The notes under the pieces were generated by a model that had not been told where the DNA came from, did no database searches, and saw nothing but the letters and a program-made list of their open reading frames with translations. Of a stretch of 64,000 nucleotides of DNA, positions 56,421 to 64,000 are shown piece by piece; the first letter of the stretch is position 1; each line of letters starts with the position of its first letter. Origin of the DNA: an uncultured Rikenellaceae bacterium. Lineage in GTDB: Bacteria > Bacteroidota > Bacteroidia > Bacteroidales > VadinHA17. The stretch spans positions 35-64,034 of the forward strand of contig CAZBQM010000004.1 of assembly GCA_964494045.1 (NCBI GenBank). The letters run 5' to 3'. The position numbers and the translations under genes are program-made.

Positions 56421-56574
56421 CATCAAAAAATTCTTCAGGCAGGGCTTCCGTAACGGTTAAAACCATATATTTACACAGGGATGATGGCCAGGTCGCCTGA
56501 CCTTAACCAAAGACCTGAACCTTAACTGGTTCATCACAAAATAAAAAGCAGTTCTAACCCATGAACCGTTGATC

Positions 56575-58644
56575 ATGACTAGACTATCGATCTGCCTGGC
56601 CGGCATTATAGCAATTATGCTCTCAGCCTGTTCCGGCAGGAACAAAACTCCGGACTACAAAGGAAACACCAAACCCCTGATGGAAAACGCATACATAAGG
56701 CTACCCCTTGGTTCCATAAAACCGGCGGGCTGGCTAAAGTCCCAACTTGAGGTTCAGGCCTCAGGCCTGACAGGCAGTGTGGATGACTTCTGGCCCGATC
56801 TTGTCAATTCGGCATGGAGGGGAGGCGAAGGCGAAGCCTGGGAAAGAGGACCATATTTCCTCGATGGTCTGGTTCCGCTTGCCTGGCTTCTCGACGACGA
56901 AAAACTCAAGAACAAGGTGTCTTCATGGATTGAACCTGTACTGGCAAGCCGCCAGGACTCGGGCTGGTACGGACCTGCCGCTAACAAGGACAGATGGCCC
57001 CTGGCCGTGGCTAACAAGGTATTAATGCAATACTACGAAGCCACAGGCGATCAGAGGGCCCTCGACGTACTGACAGCCTATTTCAGATACCTTCAGAAAA
57101 CAGCCCCCGACTGGCCCGATAAGGAATGGAGAGGTGTCAGGGCCATGGAAAATGCCGTAACGGGATACTGGCTCTTCAGACAGACCGGAGAACCATGGCT
57201 GCTCGATGTCATAGCATCAATCCATAACAACAGCTTCGACTGGACAGCCTATTACGAAACCTTCCCCTGGGATTCAGCCGCCTCAGCAGAAGGCAAAATT
57301 CCGCTTAACTGGGGTCCGGAGGGCCTTACAGCCCACGTGGTCAACAATGCCATGGCAATAAAATATCCCGGACTCTGGTACCAGCAGTCAGGCGACCAGA
57401 GATTTAAAAATGCAGTGTTTGAAGGGATAAGGAAGTATGACCTTAACCACGGACAGGTGGCAGGACGGTTCTCGGGCGATGAACATCTGTCGGGAAAAAG
57501 CCCTGACCGTGGCACCGAGCTATGTTCCGTGGTCGAATATATGTATTCACTGGGTGAACTATATACCATCTTCGGCGACAATACCCTCGCCGACAGGCTT
57601 GAGCTGCTTGCCTTCAATGCCCTTCCCGGAACCACAACCCCCGACATGTGGGCGCACCAATACGACCAGCAGTCAAACCAGGTACTCGTCAGCGGAGATG
57701 AGAGACCATGGAGTACAAATAAAAACTACTCAAACATCTACGGCCTTATGCCCAACTTTGCATGCTGCCTGGCAAACATGCACCAGGGATGGCCGAAATT
57801 TGTCCAGAACCTGTGGATGGCAACCAACGACAACGGCCTGGCTGCCGTCATCTTCTCACCGTCAAGGGTTGAGGCAAAGGTTGCCGGCGGAAAAACTGTA
57901 AGTATAACTGAAGAAACCGCATACCCCTTCAACGGGAATGTTACAATGACCCTGTCGACATCCGGAAAAGTGAAATTTCCCCTTTACTTAAGGATACCCG
58001 GATGGGCCGGCAAAACGGTGATCTCATGGAAGGGAGGAACCATAACGGGAGACGCCGGAAGTACGGTCAGACTGATGGAGAAATGGGAAGATGGAGATCA
58101 GGTAAACATCGTGATGCCAATGGATATCCGCAGCGAGAGAAGGTACAACAACTCGATGTCACTTATCAGGGGTCCCCTCTACCTGTCGCTGAGGATCGAC
58201 AAGGAATACAGAAGTGTAAAGATCAACTACGATAATTACAACTATAAAGGCAGCGTCGATTGGGAAATACATCCCATGAGTGCGTGGAACTACGGACTTA
58301 TGGCCGATGAGAAAAACATCTCAAGAGGTATCAGGGTTACGGAAAATGATCCGGGCAGCTATCCTTTTGCCGACAGGGGCGATATGATATGGGATCCTGA
58401 TTCAGCACGCTATATTACATGGACAAAGGATGCTGCCCTGGTAGTTACGGCAAGAGGAATGAAGATCCCCGGATGGACCATGAAAGATAACTCAGCCGGT
58501 ATTCCCCCCATGAGTCCTGTCAATCCCACAGGCATCACCGAGGTGATCACCCTCATACCCTACGGCAGCGCAAAACTAAGGATAACTGAATTCCCTGTGA
58601 TAGATATCTCAAGGATGGAAGATGTTATTTCAAACGGCGATTAA
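56575..58644 (+). CDS. GH127-like beta-L-arabinofuranosidase family protein (DUF1680-type), lipoprotein
   Basis: Lipobox LSACSG. N-terminal pattern WERGPYFLDGLVPLAWLLDD and Cys-Cys motif NFACCLANMHQGWPKF are reminiscent of the GH127/GH146 zinc-Cys site. Family is from memory. Confidence 0.6.
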   Translation: MTRLSICLAGIIAIMLSACSGRNKTPDYKGNTKPLMENAYIRLPLGSIKPAGWLKSQLEVQASGLTGSVDDFWPDLVNSAWRGGEGEAWERGPYFLDGLVPLAWLLDDEKLKNKVSSWIEPVLASRQDSGWYGPAANKDRWPLAVANKVLMQYYEATGDQRALDVLTAYFRYLQKTAPDWPDKEWRGVRAMENAVTGYWLFRQTGEPWLLDVIASIHNNSFDWTAYYETFPWDSAASAEGKIPLNWGPEGLTAHVVNNAMAIKYPGLWYQQSGDQRFKNAVFEGIRKYDLNHGQVAGRFSGDEHLSGKSPDRGTELCSVVEYMYSLGELYTIFGDNTLADRLELLAFNALPGTTTPDMWAHQYDQQSNQVLVSGDERPWSTNKNYSNIYGLMPNFACCLANMHQGWPKFVQNLWMATNDNGLAAVIFSPSRVEAKVAGGKTVSITEETAYPFNGNVTMTLSTSGKVKFPLYLRIPGWAGKTVISWKGGTITGDAGSTVRLMEKWEDGDQVNIVMPMDIRSERRYNNSMSLIRGPLYLSLRIDKEYRSVKINYDNYNYKGSVDWEIHPMSAWNYGLMADEKNISRGIRVTENDPGSYPFADRGDMIWDPDSARYITWTKDAALVVTARGMKIPGWTMKDNSAGIPPMSPVNPTGITEVITLIPYGSAKLRITEFPVIDISRMEDVISNGD

Positions 58645-60428
58645 CCCTCAGCGATTATTGTCTTCGTCTTAAGCCATTCCGCCTCCTCCGGAGGCAGGCC
58701 CGGACTTAGTCTTTCATTTACCTCCCTGTGGTAGTTCTTAAGCCACGCCAGTTCGGACCTGTCGAGCATTGTTCTGTCTACAAGTGCCATGTCAATATAA
58801 CACAACGACATGGTATCAAACCTCAGGAACCTCCCGAACTCAGTCTCCTCATCCTCATAACACAATATCAGGTTCTCAGTCCTGATCCCATACTCTCCCT
58901 CCCTGTAGATGGCAGGTTCATCCGACATCAGCATGCCAGGCACTATTACTGTCCTGTTCTCAGCAGGGGTAATACTCTGGGGACCCTCATGAACACTCAG
59001 GCAGAAACCGACACCATGTCCGGTGCCATGCCCGTAGTTCAGTCCCTGTTCCCACAGATACCTTCTGGCCAGAATATCAAGCTGATATCCCCTTGTTCCA
59101 AAGGGAAACCTGGCCCTTGCCAATGAAATCATTCCCTTAAGCACAAGGGTAAAATCCTTCTTCTGCTTTTCATCAGGCATGCCCAGCGCCACGGTCCTTG
59201 TAATATCAGTTGTTCCATCGTGATACTGAGCACCCGAGTCAATAAGCAATATACCACTGCCGCTGATCTCCCTGGCTGACGAAGATGAAGCTGTATAGTG
59301 TGGCATGGCTCCGTTTTCATTGAAAGCTACTATAGCCTTGAAGGAGGGACAAATAAACTCTGGCTGCTCACTTCTGAAACCGTGAAGCTTCTCAGCAACA
59401 TTGTACTCATTAAGTTCTCCGTCGGTGGATGCCTGTTCGAGCCAGTAGAAAAAACGGGTAAGGGCAATACCATCCTTTACCATAGCTCTTTCCATATTTT
59501 CTGTCTCAACCCGGTTCTTTACAGCCTTCATCCTGGCCGGAATGCTTGTCTCTTCCTTTATTTCCGCACCCCCGGGAACCGACTTGTAAAGGGCAAGTGA
59601 AGTGGTATCGGGATTAAGCAGAACAACAGAACCATCAGGAATAAACTCTGTCATCGAAGCAGCTTCCTCATACGGAAGAATCACTATGTCTTCTGAGTCA
59701 AAGGCCATGGCAAGCCTCGGACCTATCTTTCTTTCATCAACAAAAAGCAATATCTGCAGCTCCGTTATTAGGGCAAAACAAAAGATAACCGGAGTATACT
59801 CAAGGTCCCTGCCCCTTATGTTCAGAAGCCACATGATATCGTCGGGAGAAGAAAGCAGGTGATGGGTAACTCCGGCCTCCTTCATCGTCTCCCGCACTTC
59901 TGAAATCTTTACCGCTCTTTCCTTCCCGCTATACCTCACCGGGTGGTCAAAAGCAGGAGAACCAGGCATGGAGGGACGATCATCCCATATATCTTCAAAG
60001 AGGTCACAGTCAGTATTTATTGCTATACCTGCCCTGCCAAGCTCTTCCTCAATCTTTCTTATCCGCGTAACCGAAAACAGACGTCCGTCGAGAGCCACCT
60101 TCGACTTCTTGCCGCACGCTGAGGCAAGAATGAAGAGATAGTCATTATCCTTCGGAACCACGGGCCTTCTGAATCCGACACCCGACCCTTCAAGCTCGGC
60201 AGCGGCCTGAAGATAATATCTCGAATCGGTAAAGAGATCGGCCTTATCGCGGGTCACAACAACAGTTGCTGCCGATCCGGTAAAACCTGTCAGCCAGTTA
60301 ATTATCTTCCAATGATCCGGAACATATTCCCCCAGATGGGGATCAGCCGATGGTATTATGGTGGCATCGAAGCCCTTTTCCTTCATTACCCTCCTCAGGG
60401 CCTCCACTCTCTCTTTATATGTACCCAT
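58641..60428 (-). CDS. pepP: aminopeptidase P family (M24B Xaa-Pro aminopeptidase)
   Basis: 595 aa. Creatinase-like N-terminal domains and M24 metal-site motif GHGTGHGVGFCLSVHEGP. Its stop overlaps the convergent GH127-like stop (shared TTAA). Confidence 0.88.
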   Translation of the reverse strand: MGTYKERVEALRRVMKEKGFDATIIPSADPHLGEYVPDHWKIINWLTGFTGSAATVVVTRDKADLFTDSRYYLQAAAELEGSGVGFRRPVVPKDNDYLFILASACGKKSKVALDGRLFSVTRIRKIEEELGRAGIAINTDCDLFEDIWDDRPSMPGSPAFDHPVRYSGKERAVKISEVRETMKEAGVTHHLLSSPDDIMWLLNIRGRDLEYTPVIFCFALITELQILLFVDERKIGPRLAMAFDSEDIVILPYEEAASMTEFIPDGSVVLLNPDTTSLALYKSVPGGAEIKEETSIPARMKAVKNRVETENMERAMVKDGIALTRFFYWLEQASTDGELNEYNVAEKLHGFRSEQPEFICPSFKAIVAFNENGAMPHYTASSSSAREISGSGILLIDSGAQYHDGTTDITRTVALGMPDEKQKKDFTLVLKGMISLARARFPFGTRGYQLDILARRYLWEQGLNYGHGTGHGVGFCLSVHEGPQSITPAENRTVIVPGMLMSDEPAIYREGEYGIRTENLILCYEDEETEFGRFLRFDTMSLCYIDMALVDRTMLDRSELAWLKNYHREVNERLSPGLPPEEAEWLKTKTIIAEG

Positions 60429-60601
60429 AGGTTTTTATCTTACTGACAAGCCTGAAGATAACAGAAAAAAACAAGTAATAATATCACTACTGTACGGAAA
60501 AAATATCTCATGTTAATTTAAAACAAGTATTATTTGTATCCTTACTTAGTGGCTTCATTTTTATGGGATTACTTATCTTTTTATTAAAACTTAATCAATT
60601 A

Positions 60602-60751
60602 GGAGATTCCTCCCTTCGGTCGGAATGACATTTGATGATAGTAGTATAGCGTGATGGGGCAGTGTTGGCGGCAGAGCCGCCAACACTGCCCCATCACAAT
60701 AATTTAAGATACATTGTCATTCCGAACGGAACGCAGTGGAGTGAGGAATCT
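60602..60751. repeat. 150-bp nested palindromic element (REP/MITE-like)
   Basis: The inner stem is a perfect 22 bp (60651-60672 with 60676-60697, 3-nt loop). The outer arms agattcctc...cggtcggaatgaca (60604-60630) pair with tgtcattccgaacgg...gaggaatct (60715-60751). Confidence 0.85.
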
Positions 60752-60877
60752 ACAGATCAACATGCTTTTACAATTTTTTAAAAAATCTGCCTCTTATAAA
60801 TGAGACCATAATTATTCCGGACAATATAGTAATAAAATAATTTCAGTACTGAACTTCAGGTCCGGTAATGACAGGTT

Positions 60878-63043
60878 CTACCTGGCCCCAAAACTCCTCA
60901 GCCAGAAGTTGTGTTCCTCAATTATTGAATGGACAGCCCTGTTCCTGGTGAAGGAGTGACGGTTGCCGGGATAGAGCATAAATTCAAAGCTCTTTACCTC
61001 ATCCTGCAGCTTCGAAATCAATTGCAGGGAATTCTGAAGATGTACATTGTCGTCAATATCACCGTGACAGATATATAGTTTTCCCCTGAAATTGCCGGTC
61101 CAGCTCATTGCCGAGGCTTCACTGTAGCCTTCCGGATTGTCTTCCGGTTTACCCATATAGCGCTCTGTATAAACGTCATCGTACAACCTCCAGTCGGTAA
61201 CCGACGATTTTGCATAGCCATGAGTCCAGAAGTCAGCGCCCCTTGTTAGTGCCAGACATGTAATATATCCGCCATAGGAGCTGCCCGTGATACCTATCAT
61301 TGATGACTCCACATAAGGTTTCTCCCTGAGCCATGCCACAGCATCACTATAGTCCTGTATCTCCCATTTTCCCAGCGAATGGAAAAGGTAATCCTCTCCT
61401 TTCTTACCGAAATGTCCGGAGCCCCTGTGGTCGACAGTGAAGACTATGATGCCGTGCATTGCATCCCATGATGGAGTAAGATCCTTCCACTCATCAGTGA
61501 CATCTTTCCTGCCGGGTCCCCCGTAGATCCTGAAGATGACCGGATACTTTCGTGAGGGATCGAAACCTGCCGGATAGGATATGAGGGCCGGAAGGCTGAA
61601 TTTACCGTCTGAGGTGGGTATCCTGACAAGTTCACGCCTCTGGATAAGATCAGGGTCAAAGGATGGTCTTACAGCCCTGTAAACCTCTCTTATCTGCTTT
61701 CCCTTTTTGTCATATGCAACCATGGCTCCCGGATCATCAGTATTGCTCCATGTATCAATAAAATAGCTACCTGACGGTGAAGCCGAAACCTTATGTGTAC
61801 CCCTTCCCTGCGTTATCTGAAGCAGGTCACTTCCGTCAAGGGCCACTCTGAAAAAATGGGAATCAGTCGAAAACGGACCCGTTGCATAGAAATAAACCAT
61901 CTTTGATTCTTCATCGACCCTTTCAATGGAGGTCACATTGAAATCCAGACCGGTGACATCTGATATAAGCCTGCCATCCCATCCAAGATAATAAATGTTG
62001 GTCCATCCCCCTTTGTATCCTGTAAGTATGTAACCCGAGCCATCTTTCATCACATACACTTTTTCGTGGAATTCGAGCCATGTGTCGCTATGCTCCCTGT
62101 GTATCTCACTAAAGTCACCCGTAGAAGGATCGGCCAGTATGACAGAAAGCTCATTCTGAGCGCGGTTCACTATCTGTATGGCGAGCCTGCTTCCGTCAGG
62201 CGTCCAGAATGGCCATGCAAGATACTGGTCAGTGTTCTCATCAGTCTTTACCCATGCAACTGTTGCGTCTTTTACATCGGCTATTCCCATTCTTACCCGC
62301 GGATTCGGATCCCCGGGTTTGGGATAAGGCACCTGTTCAAGAGTCCCGTGTAAACCATCCGCCTCATCAAGACGGTTAAGAGTGAATACCGGCACATCTG
62401 ATTCATCAGTCCGGAGAAATGCTATTCTGCGGCTGTCGGGCGACCACCAGAAAGCTGAATACTTACTTTCCCTTCCAAGAATCTCCTCCATATAAACCCA
62501 TGAAGCATAGCCATTATAAACCCTTGATGAAGCATCGCTGGTGAGCCGTTTCTCGCTGAAAGCCTTCAGGTCGTAGAAGTACAGATCTCCTCCCCTGGTG
62601 TAGGCAATTCCTGAACCATCGGGAGCAAAGGCCACATTCAGTTCAGGAGTGTTGCCTGAGGTCAGCCTCCTGAAGGGAGTAATGCCTTCTCTGAAAAGAT
62701 AAAGATCATTGTCTATGGTTACTATGGCGCAGGTGTTGCCGGGACTGATTATAAAGGGCAGGCTATCCCTGATCTCTGCAGGAAGGGTCGCTGTAAATGA
62801 ATCCCGGGGAGTCTCCGGTGCAGTATACCCGGTACTTCTTCCATTTCTTATGTCAACACGTTTCGTAATACTTCCGCCACTTCCGTCAGGCATCTGTATA
62901 ATGTAGTGATTGTCATCGGTCCATCCTGTGACAGCCACACCATTGATTCCAGACATTCGCTGCCATGCATGAAGTTCCCCTTCAGCTATGGGGAAGATGA
63001 TGATCATTGATATAAAAAAAAGCAGACAGGCAGATTTCTTCAT
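60878..63043 (-). CDS. S9 family serine peptidase, dipeptidyl-peptidase IV-like
   Basis: Start chosen at the ATG at 63043 (MKKSACLLFFISMIIIFPIAEG signal peptide). Beta-propeller region, then catalytic GITGSSYGGY and a C-terminal Asp/His region. Confidence 0.88.
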   Translation of the reverse strand: MKKSACLLFFISMIIIFPIAEGELHAWQRMSGINGVAVTGWTDDNHYIIQMPDGSGGSITKRVDIRNGRSTGYTAPETPRDSFTATLPAEIRDSLPFIISPGNTCAIVTIDNDLYLFREGITPFRRLTSGNTPELNVAFAPDGSGIAYTRGGDLYFYDLKAFSEKRLTSDASSRVYNGYASWVYMEEILGRESKYSAFWWSPDSRRIAFLRTDESDVPVFTLNRLDEADGLHGTLEQVPYPKPGDPNPRVRMGIADVKDATVAWVKTDENTDQYLAWPFWTPDGSRLAIQIVNRAQNELSVILADPSTGDFSEIHREHSDTWLEFHEKVYVMKDGSGYILTGYKGGWTNIYYLGWDGRLISDVTGLDFNVTSIERVDEESKMVYFYATGPFSTDSHFFRVALDGSDLLQITQGRGTHKVSASPSGSYFIDTWSNTDDPGAMVAYDKKGKQIREVYRAVRPSFDPDLIQRRELVRIPTSDGKFSLPALISYPAGFDPSRKYPVIFRIYGGPGRKDVTDEWKDLTPSWDAMHGIIVFTVDHRGSGHFGKKGEDYLFHSLGKWEIQDYSDAVAWLREKPYVESSMIGITGSSYGGYITCLALTRGADFWTHGYAKSSVTDWRLYDDVYTERYMGKPEDNPEGYSEASAMSWTGNFRGKLYICHGDIDDNVHLQNSLQLISKLQDEVKSFEFMLYPGNRHSFTRNRAVHSIIEEHNFWLRSFGAR

Positions 63044-63350
63044 TGAGATAACCATGTTAAAAATATACAAGGCTGTAAAAATAATTAAAAACAAAAAGCG
63101 AGCACAAAGACCTGCAATCAAGGTTCTGGTTCTTAAAAAATGACGTACTTTGTCAGTGCCTCTGTCACTGAAAGGTGACGGAGGCAGACCATCTTCCATG
63201 TTATGAATTTTTAACATTTCAATGCTGGCACCGATGCGCGTTTTCTTTACAACACCTCTCTCTGTATCAACCCGATCAGGATTGCTATTTAGAAGAATTA
63301 TAAAGACGTGTTAATCTATTCACATTGTTATTTTTTTCACAGATAAATAT

Positions 63351-63358
63351 TATATTTG
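63351..63358 (+). promoter_or_regulatory. candidate -7 promoter box (TATATTTG) for the DRTGG operon
   Basis: Exact TAnnTTTG match 35 nt upstream of the ATG at 63393. Confidence 0.4.
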
Positions 63359-63392
63359 CCTCGTTATTCCTGAAATATCTGGTTTGGAAACG

Positions 63393-63758
63393 ATGATGAA
63401 TAAAAGCAGTAAAATGACTATCAGGGAAATAGTTGATAGAATTGACGGAAAGGTTCTGAGCTGCGAGGATAGGTTATCAACGGAGATCGAATATGCTTTT
63501 TCATCAGATCTGATGAGCGACGTTCTGACGGTCAGGAAGGAGAACATACTTCTGATAACCGGTCTGGCAAACATTCAGGCCATTCGCACTTCGGAGATGT
63601 CGGAAATCAACTGTATAGTCTTCGCCCGCGACAAGAAACTCAGTGATGAAATGATTGCGCTGGCAAAGGAAAATGATATGGTGGTTATTGAGAGTCCCCA
63701 TTCAGTGTTCAAAATCTCGGGGGAATTGTTCAAAGCGGGGATCAAACCAATATTTTAA
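63393..63758 (+). CDS. DRTGG-domain-like small regulatory protein
   Basis: About 121 aa. The pattern DLMSDVL...LLITGLANIQAIRTSEMSEINCIVFARDKK matches my memory of DRTGG-domain proteins. The ATG at 63393 or 63396 is preferred over the TTG at 63384. Confidence 0.6.
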   Translation: MMNKSSKMTIREIVDRIDGKVLSCEDRLSTEIEYAFSSDLMSDVLTVRKENILLITGLANIQAIRTSEMSEINCIVFARDKKLSDEMIALAKENDMVVIESPHSVFKISGELFKAGIKPIF

Positions 63759-63760
63759 GA

Positions 63761-64000
63761 ATGCAGTTCAGGCAGAAAATAGCCGGTGGTGATTTTGTAA
63801 ATGCTGGTAACGTTGCTAGTTCACTTAAGAAGATCCTGCATCAGCTCAACATCGACCATGCCATTTCAAAGAGGATAGTGATAGCTCTTTACGAAGGTGA
63901 GGTTAATGTTGTTGCCCATGCATGGTCAGGGATTGTGGAGATTGAGATCGACAGCAGCAGGATCAGGATACTCATTTCTGACAAGGGTCCGGGTATTCCT
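63761..64000 (+). CDS. anti-sigma-regulatory-factor-like / histidine-kinase-like ATPase (5' partial, runs off the window)
   Basis: Translated by hand as MQFRQKIAGGDFVNAGNVASSLKKILHQLNIDHAISKRIVIALYEGEVNVVAHAWSG...ISDKGPGIP. The N-box-like E..N.. .H and DxGxG (SDKGPGIP) are typical of GHKL ATPases. Open to the window end. Confidence 0.6.
   Translation, partial: MQFRQKIAGGDFVNAGNVASSLKKILHQLNIDHAISKRIVIALYEGEVNVVAHAWSGIVEIEIDSSRIRILISDKGPGIP

Noticed and set aside
63044-63217. N-terminal extension of the DPP4-like ORF
   Set aside because: The internal Met at 63043 gives a clean signal peptide (MKKSACLLFFISMIIIFPIAEG). The upstream 58 codons look like translated promoter region.

Overview
This is a 64-kb chromosomal window that looks like a Bacteroidota genome. 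The evidence is exact TAnnTTTG promoter boxes, many lipoprotein signal peptides, a CarboxypepD_reg TonB-dependent receptor, and GH97/GH127-like/CE1-like enzymes. GC is roughly 45-50% by hand counts, not computed. I saw no rRNA, CRISPR array, transposase or integrase.

Gene content, left to right:
- ugd-rmlA-rmlC-rmlD-phosphosugar mutase operon.
- A short RecD-like SF1 helicase, then a DUF3822-like gene plus rsmD.
- tRNA-Asp(GTC), followed by a repeat- and hairpin-dense non-coding tract.
- A 5.7-kb AT-rich insertion carrying a MalT-like STAND/LuxR regulator, a 66-aa conserved small protein and a TonB-dependent receptor.
- An M16 peptidase, then a further degenerate tRNA-end copy.
- A roughly 10-kb same-strand signalling cluster: PAS kinase + NarL-type regulator, 7TM-PAS protein, multi-PAS kinase, stand-alone receiver, REC-PAS-kinase-REC hybrid.
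- GH97, two paralogous esterases, and a Tat-signal enolase-superfamily enzyme.
- One membrane fusion protein plus two tandem RND permeases.
- A lipoprotein, and a NUDIX gene behind heptanucleotide microsatellites.
- A Tat-signal TIM-barrel isomerase, LTA-synthase-like sulfatase, YIP1-like protein, speA and a csp.
- gltBD, preceded by a promoter / short ORF / terminator leader.
- A GH127-like enzyme, aminopeptidase P, a 150-bp nested palindrome, and a DPP4-like S9 peptidase.
- The start of a DRTGG / kinase-like ATPase regulatory module, cut by the window end.

The most interesting signals:
1. Serial tRNA-Asp 3'-end direct repeats bracket an integrase-less AT-rich islet. The 55-bp repeats flanking the islet contain the tRNA 3' end.
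2. A candidate attenuator or small RNA lies in front of gltB.
3. Heptamer microsatellites sit in the NUDIX promoter region.
4. The signalling cluster contains a split membrane-sensor / kinase pair.

All family names come from motif recognition and memory. No database searches were run.
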